Assembly: GCA_050575255.1 (NCBI GenBank)
Contig: JBNZDD010013611.1
Coordinates: 1,949,479-2,013,478 of the forward strand
Reading direction: 5' to 3'
Origin: Harriotta raleighana
Taxonomy: Eukaryota
Length of the DNA stretch: 64,000 nt
Each line of letters starts with the position of its first letter. Position 1 is the first letter of the stretch. This document shows, in pieces, positions 11,930-26,073 of the stretch. The notes under the pieces are model-generated. The model ran no database searches and was not told the DNA's origin. It saw only the letters and a program-made list of their open reading frames with translations. The position numbers and the translations under genes were made by a program.

Positions 11930-14900
11930 TATTATTATTATAGCTACACTGTGAAGCTCTTTGAAATGTTTCAACATTGTAGGCACTATATCAAATGCAA
12001 CATTATAAGCCCTTGAAGCTGTATCCCAGCATGAATTGGCACCTTTAGCAGCTGGTTGGGAAATTACTGAAAAGAATAAGCAAGACTCATGACTTCTATC
12101 CCTCTCTATTATTTTGCTTAGAATAAATGCTTTCTTCACATGTATCTCATGTAAAAACTCTTATAATCATTACCCGTTGTTTCTACAGCATGAGTTATGG
12201 TACGAAGTGATCTAAATATCAATGCCAATTTAAGTAATCAGATTGTAGGATGATGTGATGACAACCCTGGAGGCCAGGCTTTTGACTGGGGGAATTGCAA
12301 TTCACACTCTAAAATCGCAGGCTTTGCTGGTTTTGTTGAGGTTGTCTGTGAGACGATGAGAAGGGAAAAGAAACTGTCTGGAGAGGGGCAGGAGGAGATA
12401 GAAACACTATTCCCACACTGCTTAAGTTTAATATCGGGCAAGCTGCTGAACAAGGGGAGTCATTGATAGCAAGTGCAGAGAAGTCTTCAGACCAGACTGT
12501 CCGGCCACCCCACTCTTCTGAGGATATAAGAATGTGTCGAGGAGAGGGGATCTAATTTGGGATGAGGAAAATAAAGAAAAACTAAAGAATTAAATATCCA
12601 TTTTACATTTTGTTCGTATGATGTCACCCAGATTCCAATGATATTCCTTACAGAATAGAGTAAGTAGCAGTGAAAGCACAAATTAAAATTTATACCGTGC
12701 AGGAGATATTATTGTCAGGCATCACATCACTGAAAGAAAAATGTAATCTCTGGTAAACATTGCTGCTGTTAATCCATTCATTGGGTCAAACCTATATTTA
12801 GTTTTAAGCAGGCAGCATTCTTACTGTCAAGTTTGCTCTGTGCAACCTTTGGTGAATTAAAGTGAATACCATTCAATAGAAATTTTAAGTTGATAAAGTG
12901 GTCATTTTAATTTCAAGACAAAGGCAAAATCCAGGGACAGTTTTGTAAGCAGCAGAACCTACCAACAAAACTGAATACTTACAACATAAAAACAATCTCG
13001 TCAGTGACAATTGTGCTCAATAGCTTTTATCCTAATTATGTGTTATATGGGTGGGAGAGGAGGAATGATTCCTTGTTGACATGTTGTATCAAACTATTTT
13101 TACTCAACCAAATGACTGCAATCAATTAATTTTACTGTATTTTTTGATTCTTCAGAGTCACCAATCCCTGAAATTGAAACGTGTATTTTCACGTTAAATT
13201 GACCTCAATTACCCAGACCTTTTACTGGTGTTGTAACCAGGAATTTAAACAAAAGACAGAAATAGTTGACTTCATTGCTGTGGCTTGCCAGCTCCTCTGA
13301 AATGCTTGTCTGGAACTGGGGATAAAACTTCACTGGCAGTAAGATGTGGCTGTCTGGCTGGAGTTGTGATGGTGTTGGAAGTACAGCAGAAAGATCCATT
13401 TGTCAGTTTGGGTGGGATTTATACAGAGAAGCTGACTGCATGAGAAAGGAACTCATGGAAGTACACAAGATTTTTTTCTCCTCCCGAGCTGCTGGACAGC
13501 TGTCAAAGTGTACGCTTAGCCCATATATTTCTGTCTATGAACGACAGGCAAAATATCAAACACAGGATATGAGAATCTCAAATTCTTTGCTTTGAACAAT
13601 TGACGTTGAGTTTGCTACAAAAGAAAGCAAAATAATCTAACAAGAATGAGAAAAAGCTTGTTGTGTGGAGTTCACAATCCTCCTGACGTGAAAATGTAAT
13701 TTTGATTGTTGTTGGTACTGAAATAGCCATCATTGACAATTGGCTGAGCTGAGGCAAGCTCAGATTGTGAGAGTGAGACAGCGTGACACACATGAGGTTT
13801 CAGGAGATTCACTTTTTGTCGCGAGGTGCTAAGGTGCTATTTACTCCGCTGTTTTCCCAACAAGGACTTTCTAAACCACAGTGTAATGTTGGGTCTTTGT
13901 AGGATCACACATGAGAGAATGAATAAAACCAGTCCTGTGGCTACCTATTAATATACTTCAGTGAGGAAACATTCCAACCCAGCAGCCGAAGATCATTGTT
14001 CACTGTTTGTATGATGTCTAAAATTGTTCTCAGAACATCCAATATAAGCAGGCAGGTACATGGAGACTATTTAAAACTTTTTCACACCTTGCCAACCTAC
14101 GCTACAGGAGTCCAATGTAGATGAGAACAAAAACACAGCAGTGCGAAGGCGTCTTGCTACACTAATTCACTGCTCAGTTGTGATGAAATTCTTCTCTTGA
14201 ACCATCTCTAATCTCGAACAGGCAATGTTTAATTAAAGTTCTCGCCACTCCTTTGGGAGGTGGTTGTACCACAGGTCTGGTGGCTTGCTTTGTGGTTCCA
14301 GACAAATAATACTGTGTAATTAGTCTAATTTACGCACTCCATAAAATGACTAAATTGCAAATAATTCAGACTTTCGGTTTACAAATATTGGAAGCCAGTT
14401 CAATTGGGAGATTTGCAAAATGGCTAATTTGAGCCTTAAAAGCCAAGTAATTTTTCCCTCAACGAGTTGCTAGAGTTTGGAAATTATCTCCTCCGACGTT
14501 CAGGGACAGAAAGTTAGGGAAGATAGGTTACCGTGAATTGAACTAGCTGTGAGGAGATAATGCCTGGTGAGAAAGTCAACGGTAAAAATATTAAGGGATT
14601 GAGGAGCGAGCTAGCAAAGGAGATTAATAAAACAAAGCAATTATATAAACAAGTTATATTATTAATAATAACAATCCTTACATTTGATTTAGGGCCTTTG
14701 ACGTTTCAAATAGTCCCGTTAGTGCAAAAAATTTCCATTTGCCCACCACATTATATGCTACACTTACCTCCTTAGTTATCAAGGGAAGTTTAATTTTTTT
14801 TTCGCAGACTTTGCAAAAGTTTATTGCTACATTAAAAAAAAACCACATACAAAACATAATGAAAAAGTAAACATTTAGTGTGAATAAATAACCAAGGTGC

Positions 14901-17432
14901 TCACAGATGCCATATGTTAAAGGTGCAATTTCTCCAAGGTGTTTTGTCCTTGTTGAGCATTCATTTGCAGATGGAAATTAAACAAACTACGAAGGATGAG
15001 GCTGCTAAACCCGATCTCAGTCTGTCCTACCCGAACAGCAAAATTTCAGTAGACAAGATTTATGACCAGAAATTTGTGCACAAACATGTCCTGAACTATT
15101 TTACCTTTTGGGAGGTAGTTTGCAGAGTTATTAGGAGTCGAAGGGAATAATCTCAAGTCCAATTGCAAATCCAGTTGATCATCTTGGTCAATCATCAACA
15201 ATGTCTCGAGATCTACTTGGTTCAGGTATCAGATTACCAAGTCTGTCTCAGTGGTCTGACTGGGTTCCACTGACTGTGCCTTTGTTTAGCACAGAAATTC
15301 ATAGTAAACTCGATCAGAGAAAAAACCCCACTTAACTTTCTTCTTCCCTCTTCCTCCAAAACATTGGGAGACATTCCCAATATCTTTGAATTATAATAAT
15401 AATAATAATAATCCTTCCATTTTAATAGAGCGCTTTTCACATATATTCACAAAATATACTGTACTGAATTCACTCCATATCCTGTGCAGAGCCACAATAC
15501 CGCACTTGTAGGTGCTCACCAACACTTTGCACCAATTACACCATCGTTCAGGACTGAATGGAGACAGAAGATCTCAAGGTAAGTGTCATATACAGAATGC
15601 CTGGAACAGAGATTCCAAATCATTGCTTCTAAGGGTGAGATCTCTACGTTGACCCTTAAAAGTATCTGAGATGGAGGATTTGGACCGGCCTTCAATAGCG
15701 GTCAACATCTTTACATGGGCAACATGGGGCAACATCAAAAGCATGGTGGAAATTGACAAAAACAATGTAAGTTTCCTCTGAACATTAAGATAATGTGGCA
15801 GCCTTTATCAGAAACAGATCCCATCTCGTATATTCGCTGTGTGAAAAAATGCCAACCTGTTCCTTTTATATCCGTCTATCCATTATTCTCATCACAATCA
15901 CTTTCAGATCCAATGAGATCAGCGAGATTCAAAGGAACACAGGAACAAGAGTAGGCGACACAAGCCACACAAGCTTGTTCCGCCATATTATTAGATCATG
16001 GCTGATCTACCTCAACTCCAATTCCTGCTTAGTTCTCTCATTGGGCTCATCCTTCTTATAGATATAAACTACAAGAACTGAATTCTGAAATAGCAAAGCT
16101 ATATCTGCTTCAAAAAGAACCTGATGCAGGCAGGTACCTCACAGTATTGAACCCCACCATTCCTCTGTCCATGCAGAGCAGATTTCAGGAACACTGTATT
16201 TGCATTTGCAAGCTGACAGTGCACAGTCTGCTTCCTCTAAATGGTCTGCTGATCACATCGATCCACAGAGTTTATCAATTTTGATGATAAAACTTGTTGG
16301 GTCAGACACCAACTCAGCATATTCCTTGCTCTCAACCTTGAGACAGATTTTTTAGGGCAATTGAACCATAATCTAAGTGTAATGTCATTTTTACAGAGCA
16401 GGATGTGCTTTTGGATGGATGCATCATTAAAATGACTTCTCGGTCTCTTGACAAGCATTATCATTGGATAGCTCTAGTCACTTCAAGAAGGCATCAAGAA
16501 CAGCTTTTGCTTTCATCGAATTGCTCTTCTCTATTAGTTTCCTAGGACTCTGCTTAGTGGCTCTCAGTGACAGAAAAAAACAAACCTCACATCTGTTGAA
16601 TTCAACAGATTATGTTAGCTACTATTTATTTAAAGAAAGCTAGGATAAGAAAATCCTGGTGTTGTAACATTTACTGACTTTGATGAAGCGCACTTATAAT
16701 TACATTTGGCCATTAGAAGCACACATCATCAAAGTCTCCCAACTGAGCAAAGTGAGGAATTTCAACCTCCCGGTCGGTGCCCAGTCTAATGATGCAGTCA
16801 GAAAGTTTACCTTATTATTCTCCAATGAGTAGACTTACTGCTTTTTTCACTTCTCCAAAAAAATGACTTTAATTTACAGGGTGATGGCATCCTTTAGCAC
16901 AAGTCACCGCGAGTTCACATTCGTGAAGTGAAGTGGCTCTGCCAAGATGGCAATGGATTGAAAATCATAGTATTGAAGGCTCCTTTGACTTGGGAAGTCT
17001 TATTTTGTTGGGCTGCAATATCAGAAGCTCAAATTTAAAAAAAAATAACCCACAGATATTTTGCAAGGCATACCATACGGTACGCTATGTTAAATATAGA
17101 CTGAATAGCGTCCAGTGTTCTGAAAAAATGTGCTTTTCATTACAAATGAGTGAGACATTTATACTGGGATTGGAATGGTCACAAGAATTCCTGTGAGCCT
17201 TTGTTCATTACTGGAAACAAATCTGAAAACCTTCTGTTTCTAGTGTTCTTTACAGCTGCCTTACTTTGATTAATTGCCTCAGAAATAAGTGACAAAACCA
17301 AAAGGTTTTATTAAAAAAAATTATTATTAGTATTTAAACAAGTCCATCACACTGCCTTATTGGAAATCATTTTCCAAAAATCAGTTGGTATTGGATGCTA
17401 TGAAACCTTATTTTGAGCTACACAAAATAAAA

Positions 17433-17975
17433 AATAATCCTTGCATTTGACATCGCGCTTTTTCAAGTCTTCTAGACGTCTCAAAGCACTTCACCTAATA
17501 TGCTGTACAGTGAATTGACCGTATCTTTATGGGCAAAACGCAGCAGCATCTCACCAAATGATAGTTTGCATTTGGTACACAACCTTAAGATAAAACTTAA
17601 GGTTGTAAATTTTACCCTCACAGATAGGCAAAAAGAGGGTTAGACATAGCCTCTGATATTCTTCAAATTTATAGGTGAATGCAGTGACCAATTTTCACAG
17701 AGCATTATCCCACAAATAGCCATGAAATGAATGTTCAATTTTATCTGCAATATTGTTGGACACAACATGGGAGAAACTCTTTTCTTTGGTGAAACAGTGT
17801 CCACGGATTCTCAATGTCCATCTGAACAAGTAGATGAGACCTCGGTTTAATGTACACCTGAACGACGGCATTTTAGACAATACTTCAACAATGTGCTTAC
17901 TGTCAACCTGGACCACAAACTCAATGTCTCAAACCAGGGCTTGAATCCATAAGTGCTACTAACTGAGCAAAGCTC
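17433..17975 (-). mobile_element. Deu-domain SINE (tail 17433-17550, body and head 17690-17975)
   Basis: gagacctcggtttaatgtacacctgaacgacggca on + is the reverse of the Deu core. Confidence 0.7.
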
Positions 17976-19019
17976 TCTGATATTCAATTTTTTTTAATCA
18001 ATCTAATTCAGGTGAACATCATTTGAAAAGGAATTCTATACTTTGTATTGTACTTAATATAGAATTATAAATAATAAAGAATTATAAATAATAATACTTG
18101 CATTTGATACAGTGCCTTATCACGTCAATGAGACGTCTCAAAGTATATATATTTATATATTGATATAAAATATATATTGTTTTTATCAACTATCACAATA
18201 AAGGAGGCAGTTTAAAGTCCTGTAGTATATTAGTGTTGCAAACTTTTTTGCAGATTTCAAACTTCCTCATATTTTTTAACCAATAGTAATTTTCCTTTTT
18301 GTTCCTCCATGTCACATACCAATCATACCACCAAATCTTATTGATCAGCTAGACATCCATGTTTAATAAACAAAAATGCTTAAGATAATGTTTACCTTCC
18401 TGTCTTACTACTCATATCTTCTTAGAGCCAGTTCAGCTCAAGGTAACCCACCCCTTACTTCTTGTCCATCCAACAAGGATTGAAATAAATGAGGATGAGG
18501 GTCAAGTAGGATCAGCAAGCTGAAAACCAACAATTTCCCCCGGTATTGATGAAGTGTACCACACTGTGCTTAGGGAGACAAGGCAAGAGATTTGTGCTGC
18601 ATTGACAAGACACAATGAGGGAGTCAATCACCACTGGTGAGGTTACAAATGAGTAGAAGCAAGCAGATGTTGTTCCAATATTCAAGAGAGGCGACTGTCA
18701 TACCTAGCAACTTCAGATCCAACAACAACAAACTGCATTTGTATAGCGTCTTTCACGGAGGGAGGATGCCTTATTCACCTAACCCCCAAAATGGGAAAAA
18801 TGATGAAGTCAATCATCAAAAGGAATTTGGAAGATTACTTGCAAAAAAAAATCCCAACAAATATTTGGTGTTAAAATGGTAGCAATCTAGCCTCTAGCTC
18901 AGAAGATTGTGGGTTCAAGTCTACCTAAGAACTTTGAAACTCACAGTTTAGGCGTAATAAGGCATTATATCAAATGCAAGGATTATTATTATTATAAAGA
19001 CGGTGGTATTGTACAAATC

Positions 19020-19160
19020 AATCGACTGACCGACCAGTCAATCAATCAATCAAAATTACATTTATATAGCGCCATTGGGAGGACATCCCAAGGAAGTGGG
19101 ATTAAGGAAGAAAGGGGGGAAAGATGGCAAGGGAAGAGGTCGGGGTAGGGGGAAGGAGAA
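19020..19160 (-). mobile_element. L2 3' tail fragment
   Basis: (AATC)n then aaattacatttatatagcgcc...ggacatcccaagg. Confidence 0.65.
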
Positions 19161-19647
19161 CACCGACTGTATATTTGTGGGCGAAACGCGTCAGCCAAAT
19201 TGCGCACAGCTAGTCAAACTAGTTTCACTCCCCTGTGGTTTACTGAACAACTGAGCTATAGGGACAAATGTAAACTCAAATATTTATTTTAGTTTGAAAT
19301 GTTGAATCACACTTATGCAAAAAAAAAGGAGAAACACCCACAATTTCAGAAAAAATTGCACTGTTGGATGTGGTATAAAAACACACAAAGAAATGGCACT
19401 GGATTACAGATGATAAACAGTTTATAATCCAATTCACACAGGTTTCCCTCTCTCAAGCATGTTGTGGTTTTGCAGCGTTTAATAAAATTATCATCGTCAT
19501 CATCCTTATATCAGAAAGATGTCTAAATTGCTTCCCAGGATGTTCTATAAAGATTAGTAACTGTGTATTTTGTAGGAAAATGGCATGAAAATGGCACCTC
19601 CAACAATACAGCGTCCCCCAGCACTGCAATGGAGTGTCAGCCAAGAC

Positions 19648-19893
19648 CAGCAACCATAAAGTGAGCTATAGGACCATTTGTTCCTATAGCTCACTTTATA
19701 GTTGGCCAATAAAGTACATTTTCTTCATGGAATATTTCTTTATTGATGCCAACAATCAGGAAATATTCAGTCAAGAAAAAAACTGGAAACACAAACCGAT
19801 TGAACAGTGACTCATGTAAATGTTCAGCGGTGGCTATGTAGACAGGCCTTGTGGTCCTCTTCCGGCCCATGGGCCACAGGTTGGCCACCACTG
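19648..19893. mobile_element. hAT (Charlie-like) MITE inserted in a minus-strand Deu-SINE head (~19580-19975)
   Basis: Right end ggttggccaccactg; left end cag-caacc (partly deleted); 8-bp TSD gccaagac (19640-19647) / gcctagac (19894-19901). Confidence 0.75.
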
Positions 19894-20649
19894 GCCTAGA
19901 CTATATGCGTTCAAAGCCTTAACATGCGGCTTGAACCCACAATCTGAGGAATGCAATCAACTGAGCCAGGCTGACTCACAAGTGTGCATTTTTGCATAAT
20001 TAAGATTTTTGAGCTTGCATTTACTAGTTTCATTTTCCTTGCTCCAGTGTTAGCTTTCCTTGCTTTGTTCGGTACATTTTAAATTAAATTTCTTCAGATA
20101 TAGTCTTGCAAACAGTAGATTTGATTTAACATTTTGTAATAAATGACTCAAAACTTTAAGTTAGCTGAAAATCTGCATGTGCAAAGGTAACTGAATTCTG
20201 TTCTTGTACTGTGACCAGACTTGTAGACATACCACTATTTAGCACCTGGCAGTTCTGAAGGGCATGGTACCCATGCTTATTTATGTCTTCAGTGCTCAGA
20301 GTACATTTTCACCTCAATGACTCTTACCGTGTAATTTTAATGTGTGGAAAACCCCACATCCCCTCATAATCATTTATGGTACATGTAGTTGTTAACAAGC
20401 AGTGGGATAGTCTGCCTCTTGTTTAAATTCATCGATTTGATTGTCACCTCACTGACAGGAACATGCACTGAAACATATTCTGGGTTAATAATTGTGTGCA
20501 AAACAGATTTTGCAAAAATAAATCTAACTGATTGTAGGGTATAAGTAGCTACAACATATAAGAGAGAACAACTCCAGATGAAAAGTCTTCTAATATATAT
20601 TATATTTGTTGCCTACATAATTAAACAACCAAATCAGAGTAAGGAATAA

Positions 20650-20795
20650 TAAGAATAATCCTTGCATTTGATATACAACAACAACAACAAAATTACACTT
20701 GTATAGCGCCTTTCACGTCGGGAGGACGTCCCAAAGCGCTAATATAGAACCTTTAATGTTGAGAGGACATCTCAAAGTGCTTCACAGAATTTGCT
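20650..20795 (-). mobile_element. SINE tail with an inserted L2 3' tail
   Basis: cttgcatttgatata followed by caacaacaacaacaaaattacacttgtatagcgcc, then the SINE tail resumes. Confidence 0.7.
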
Positions 20796-20807
20796 GTATT
20801 GTATCTC

Positions 20808-21788
20808 AGAACATAATAATTAGGAAGAGTAGGCCATTCGGCCTTTCTAGCCTGCCCCGCCATTCAATAAGATCATGGCTGCTCTTCTGACCTAACTTTA
20901 ATTACCTGCCCTATCCACATATCCCCTAATCCCTCTATTTTTCAAAAAATCTATCAGTCTCAGCCTTGAAAATGTTCAAGGACTGAGCATCTACAGCCTT
21001 CTGGTAGTGAATTCCATAAATTCACTACCCTCTGAGTGAAGAAATATTTCCTCAACTCTGTTCTAAAAGGCTGACACTTAATTTTAAGACTGTGACTCCT
21101 GGTTATAGATTCTTCTACCAGGGAAAACAGTCCCTCAGTGTCTACTTTATCCAGCCCTTTGAGAATCTTATATGTTTCAATAAGATTCCCCCCTAATTCT
21201 TCTGTACTCTAGAGAATACAGCCCTAGTTTATTTAACCTATCCTCATAGGTCAGTCCCCTCATCCCAGGAACTAACCTAGTGAATCTACGCTGTACCCTC
21301 TCTAAGGCAAATATGTTCTTTTTTAAATAAGGAGACCAAAACTGCACACAATACTTTAGGTGCGGTCCCACCAAAGCCCTATACAGTTGCAGCAAGACTT
21401 CCCTACTCTTGTACTCTAAACTTTTTGAAATGAACGCTAGCATGCCGTTCGCCTTCTTAGTTGTTTGCTGCACCTGCAAACTAACTTTTTGAGACTGGTG
21501 TACAAGGACACCCAAATCCTTTGGAAAACTAACACTATCTAACCTCTCCCCCTCTAGAAAATAATCTATTCTTTTATTTTTGCTATTTAGGTGAATAATT
21601 TCACACTTGCCAACATTGAATTCCATTTGCCACCTACTTGCCCACTCCCCCAGCCTATCTAGATCTTGTTGCAATCTTTTTGCATCATCCTCAGAGCTCA
21701 CTCTCCTACCTAGTTTAGTGTCATCCGCGAATTTAGACACATTACATTCAATGTCCTTGTCCAGATCATTGATGTAAATAGTAAATAG
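20808..21788 (-). mobile_element. CR1 LINE, 5'-truncated, relatively young; RT C-terminal ORF 21177-21740
   Basis: SKFADDTKLG...QWMEFNVGKC-type segment (WQMEFNVGKC)...DLGVLV...YCVQFWSP...LERVQRRFTR, diagnostic CR1 ORF2 motifs, followed by the 3' UTR. Confidence 0.95.
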
Positions 21789-21789
21789 C

Positions 21790-22266
21790 CACCCCTTTAA
21801 AAACAGCTGTCATCACCCCCATCCTGAAAAAATCTTCCCTGGACCCATCCTTACTCTCCAGCTACTGCCCCATCTCCAACCTCCCATTCCTCTCTAGGCC
21901 CTGGAATGAGTTGTTGCTTCCCAGCTTCGCTTCTTTGTCTCTCACCATTCCCTCTTCGAACCCCTACAATCCGGCTTCTGTGCTGCCCATAACACAGAGA
22001 CAACCCTGGTCAAAGTCTCAAACCATTGGTGGGTCCAATGGGTCTGCCCCCAATATCTGGAACTCCATCCCGCAGTCCCTCCAACTCGCCCCCTCCCTAG
22101 CCTCCTTCAAGTCCCGCCTCTTCGACAGTCCCATCAGTCACCCAAAATCTCCCCCCTTTCCCTCCACCCCTGACCCCAGTTCGGATGTGAAACAATGGCT
22201 GTTCAGCACCTTGGGACGTCTTCCTAACGTGAAAGGTGCCATACAAGTGTAATTTTGTTGTTGTTG
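21790..22266 (+). mobile_element. L2 LINE fragment with internal deletion
   Basis: RT N-terminal part (cccatctccaacctcccattcctctc...) fused to the 3' end and (TTG)n tail. Confidence 0.8.
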
Positions 22267-25200
22267 TTTTTGATGTTCACAAAAATATATACCTTTGACT
22301 CTGAAGACTAACACATTATCGGATGAGACATTAAACCAAGTTTGCCTGTTCAGATGATCGTCGAAGATCCCTTGTCACTATTCGAAAAGTCAAATGAATT
22401 TGTCCCAGTGTCTTGGCCAACAAATCCCCCCAATAAAATTGATGTAGCTGGCAACTAAAGTCCTTGCTTTAATGAGATCCAGAGTTCTTAACCTATCCTG
22501 AGAGTATAACATAGTCAAACCGTAGATGGAAACAAAGGTCTAAAACAAGAACTTCAAATGCTAAAACAACCTGTTTATCACAATGGTGGAGAAACTGCTC
22601 CATCTCCACAGGGCAACGACTATCAAATAACGCGCCCAAAGTCAATTGTGTGAGAGCAAAACCGGAGAAGCCATCTTCACAGAGAAGATAGCTGTAATTA
22701 AAAAGGCTGCATTGTAATGAAACTGAATTTGATCATTTTAGACACTGGTTTACCAGTTGAAGGAAGATAAACTCAGTAGCCTGTTGCATTCTGTATTTGG
22801 TGAAAAAAATTTGCATTTTGCCAACAGATACAAAAGGAGTTCACTCCAGGGACTAATTGGAGGCTCATCATCCACCAGAGAGGAATTAATCCAGATACTA
22901 GTTCTTGTCCTTGGAAGATGGTTTCAATCAGGTAGCAGACGCAAGATGATGTTTGGAATTTCAATTATTTTACAAGAAAAGAACTCATTGTCTATGGACA
23001 AATATGGGCATTGCATGGAGCAAGGGAACATCTCAGAAATGCAGGCACATCTCAATTTCCAATTCTGTCTAAGCTTACTTTAGGGTTACTCTTTCTATTT
23101 AGAGTTTCAGAGGTATTTTAAGTTGCTTTATTGCTGTAACAACACCAAGCTCTCTGCCAGCCTGCTGCATTACCCTTTTATGTGAAAAGAGACGATTACC
23201 ATGTTATCTTATTTGAATAATCAGAAACAGCAGCGACTGATGATTAAAGTTTGATAGATGTGTTGGAGATCTGACTTCTTCCCATTCAACAGCGGGGTGA
23301 GCTGGTAATATTGTACCAGGTGACACTGTACACTGCCAACCCTTTGTAGGACATGGTACAGGCTCTGTACGACGTGCAACTCATTCATTTTGTTTGTGGA
23401 TTTCGGGGATTTTGTATTAAAATACCCTCATGCTCCAGGTAAATTCTATGCACACTTTTTCACCATTTAATCTGGTATTGGCTGTCATGTTTGACAACAA
23501 AACCAATTCCTACCATGATGGTAATTGCTTGCAAAGCTTATAGGTTCTCATAAGGTGTTATAAAATGGACCCAAATTTGGACCCATTTGGAACCCACTGG
23601 TAACAGCTTAGTTATGTTTTATTCCTCAATGGTATTTCCTATTATGAGATGCTACAAACCACCCATTGATTCATGGGTCAAAATATAGCTGCATTAACAG
23701 CAACTTACTTTTACGATGATGTCCCGGAACCCTTCACAGTAACTGGTTTGGATACTGAGCAATCAGAAAGGGGAGGTGATCATAGGAAAAGTCAGATGGA
23801 GGATGGGAGAGCGAGGCAGAAAGATGATGAAATCAATTCTGGGAATACCCTTTCGAAGTACCAAAGTGAATTTAATCATTAAAGCACGCCGCTTTCTGCT
23901 AAGTTTCTTCCACTTATTCATGTATCCTGTCTCCTCCCATAATATGGTGAACACACTACCTTCAATCAAAAAGGTACAGTACTTCACTAGTTAACTGCGA
24001 TGGTAGCTGTTTTAATATAATTTAGGGTTTTTTGCCTATAGCACTCCAAATCAAACATCAAAAATGCTAGAAAGGCCAACACAAATAATAAATACTGTGA
24101 ACTTTTGCTTTTCCCCCCTGTTATAATGTACTTAAAATACAAGTTTTTAAACCACATTATTTGGAATTTGGTTTGAATAGACTTCAAAGAAACTGTTCAA
24201 GGCCTGCTATCTTTCTCATGAAAGTCATCTTGGAGAAAGAATATTAACATCCATTTCTACTTGATTTCTTTTTTGTGAGTCTACTTTTCATGATTTGAAT
24301 GGGAAGAATGAGATGAGAGGGCAAGAGAGAGATCACTTTCAAGTTAAGCGACTGGTAATTCAGTTTATGTGGTGAAATATTACCTTGTGTGTGATTCATA
24401 TTGATTTGCTCATATGAAAAAAGTATTTCCAAAGCATTCAGTGTACATCACCTATTTAAGAAATGTATTTTAACTATCAAATGCTCATTATTTTCTCTAT
24501 TCATGCCAAGTTGATGACACAAGGAACCGATTGTGCTTTTAAGAAGCGTGCAAATACTATCTGTCATGAAGGGATTCAGGTTAGTACCAAAAAGAGAGTA
24601 AAAGCTAATTGTATATTCATTCTTCACCCTGAATCCTTCAACTTTCCAAATGTAATGTTATGTTTGTATTACACTTCTCCTATTGCTGTCCTAAGACAGG
24701 AAAGGTCACAAAACCCCACCTCAAACAATTTTCTTTTCAATTAAAATATTTGGGTTTCCGATCCTGAAAGTCATTTCTTACTAAATGTCGCGGCACGTAA
24801 GCGCATTTTCATGGCTGCACTCGTAAATGTCCAACATCTTTACTTTGTCTCCTTTAATGGATTCTTGGCCTCCAAGTTCGATGTTATGTATCCAACCCGT
24901 ACCACAAATTATACGGTCAATTTACTTTACAGTATTCAGACGTGATAAGGCGCTCTATCAAATGCAATTATTATCATTATCCAGAACTCCGCAGCCCATA
25001 TCCATTCCTGCACCAGCTTCTGCAAACCCAGCACCCACATCCTGTCCAGGGTTCCTATTACCCAGCAAACAGACTTCAAGATGATTCTAACTTTCAAATA
25101 TCTCCACCCTCTGTGATTTCCTGTGGTCTTATCTTTTCAAAGGTTTGCTCCCATTGCTCTACTAAAAGCTTGCTGCATGTTTCTCCTACAATCACTCTTG

Positions 25201-26073
25201 GCAAGACGAGTAGTCAGCTACTTTATCCCTTCTTTTGGGAAATCTCTCCCTTATTGTCCTGCCCGACTTCCCCCATCTCCCCGTTGCACCTCACCTTTCT
25301 GTTTTCAAAATCCTTCTAAAAGCTTACTTCATCAGAATCTTCGGTACAATTTTTCCTATTCACCGCACCCCATTGTCCTCCCAGCTCACCCTCATACAGG
25401 ATCTCTGAAATGCTTTTTAAGCCATTTTCCAATGTGAAAATCGCTCTAGAAGAGCAAACTGCCATACAGTTGGATGATATGTGAATCTTACAAAGTGCTA
25501 ACCATTGGGGAATAATGACAGAAACTGGTGTGATTCAGTTATATATGTGATTCATGAATGATTCAGAGAGTCGTGAATCACATATATTCCACGCTTGCTT
25601 CCATCCATTTTGTATGTACAGTATTCACCTTTGCTGCTATTGCTCTAGAACGATCAATGTTTTGTTGTAAAAAAGACAGAAGGTACCTTCGAAATGTACG
25701 ACACAATAGAATGCCATTTGGTTAATTTTTTTGTGCCAGTGTTTGATCCTTCAAGAAGTCATCCATGTTAATTCCAATTCCGTTCTTCTCCCCTCCTCTC
25801 TATTATTTTTCCTCTGTGTGTGCTTGTCCAACCTATTAAACTCCTGCAATGAATTCTACTCCAGCAAAAAATCATTCCACACCCTGACAAGTCTCTGGGA
25901 AAAGAAACTCTTATTTTACTCCAATCCTGAATTAATGCCTTCTCGTCTTTCATTTGCACTTTTAGTCTGCATTTTTGTAAATTACGATTATTATACTGTA
26001 GTAATAATAATCATTGCATTTAATATCGCGCCTTATCACATCGTTGAGACGTCTCAAAGTGCTTCACAGAATA

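Noticed and set aside
21177-21740. Functional reverse transcriptase or retron-like system
   Set aside because: 5'-truncated CR1 ORF2 C-terminus lacking the endonuclease and most of the RT.
23673-23994. Overlapping short ORFs on both strands
   Set aside because: No homology recognised and no supporting splice signals; lengths are within chance expectation.
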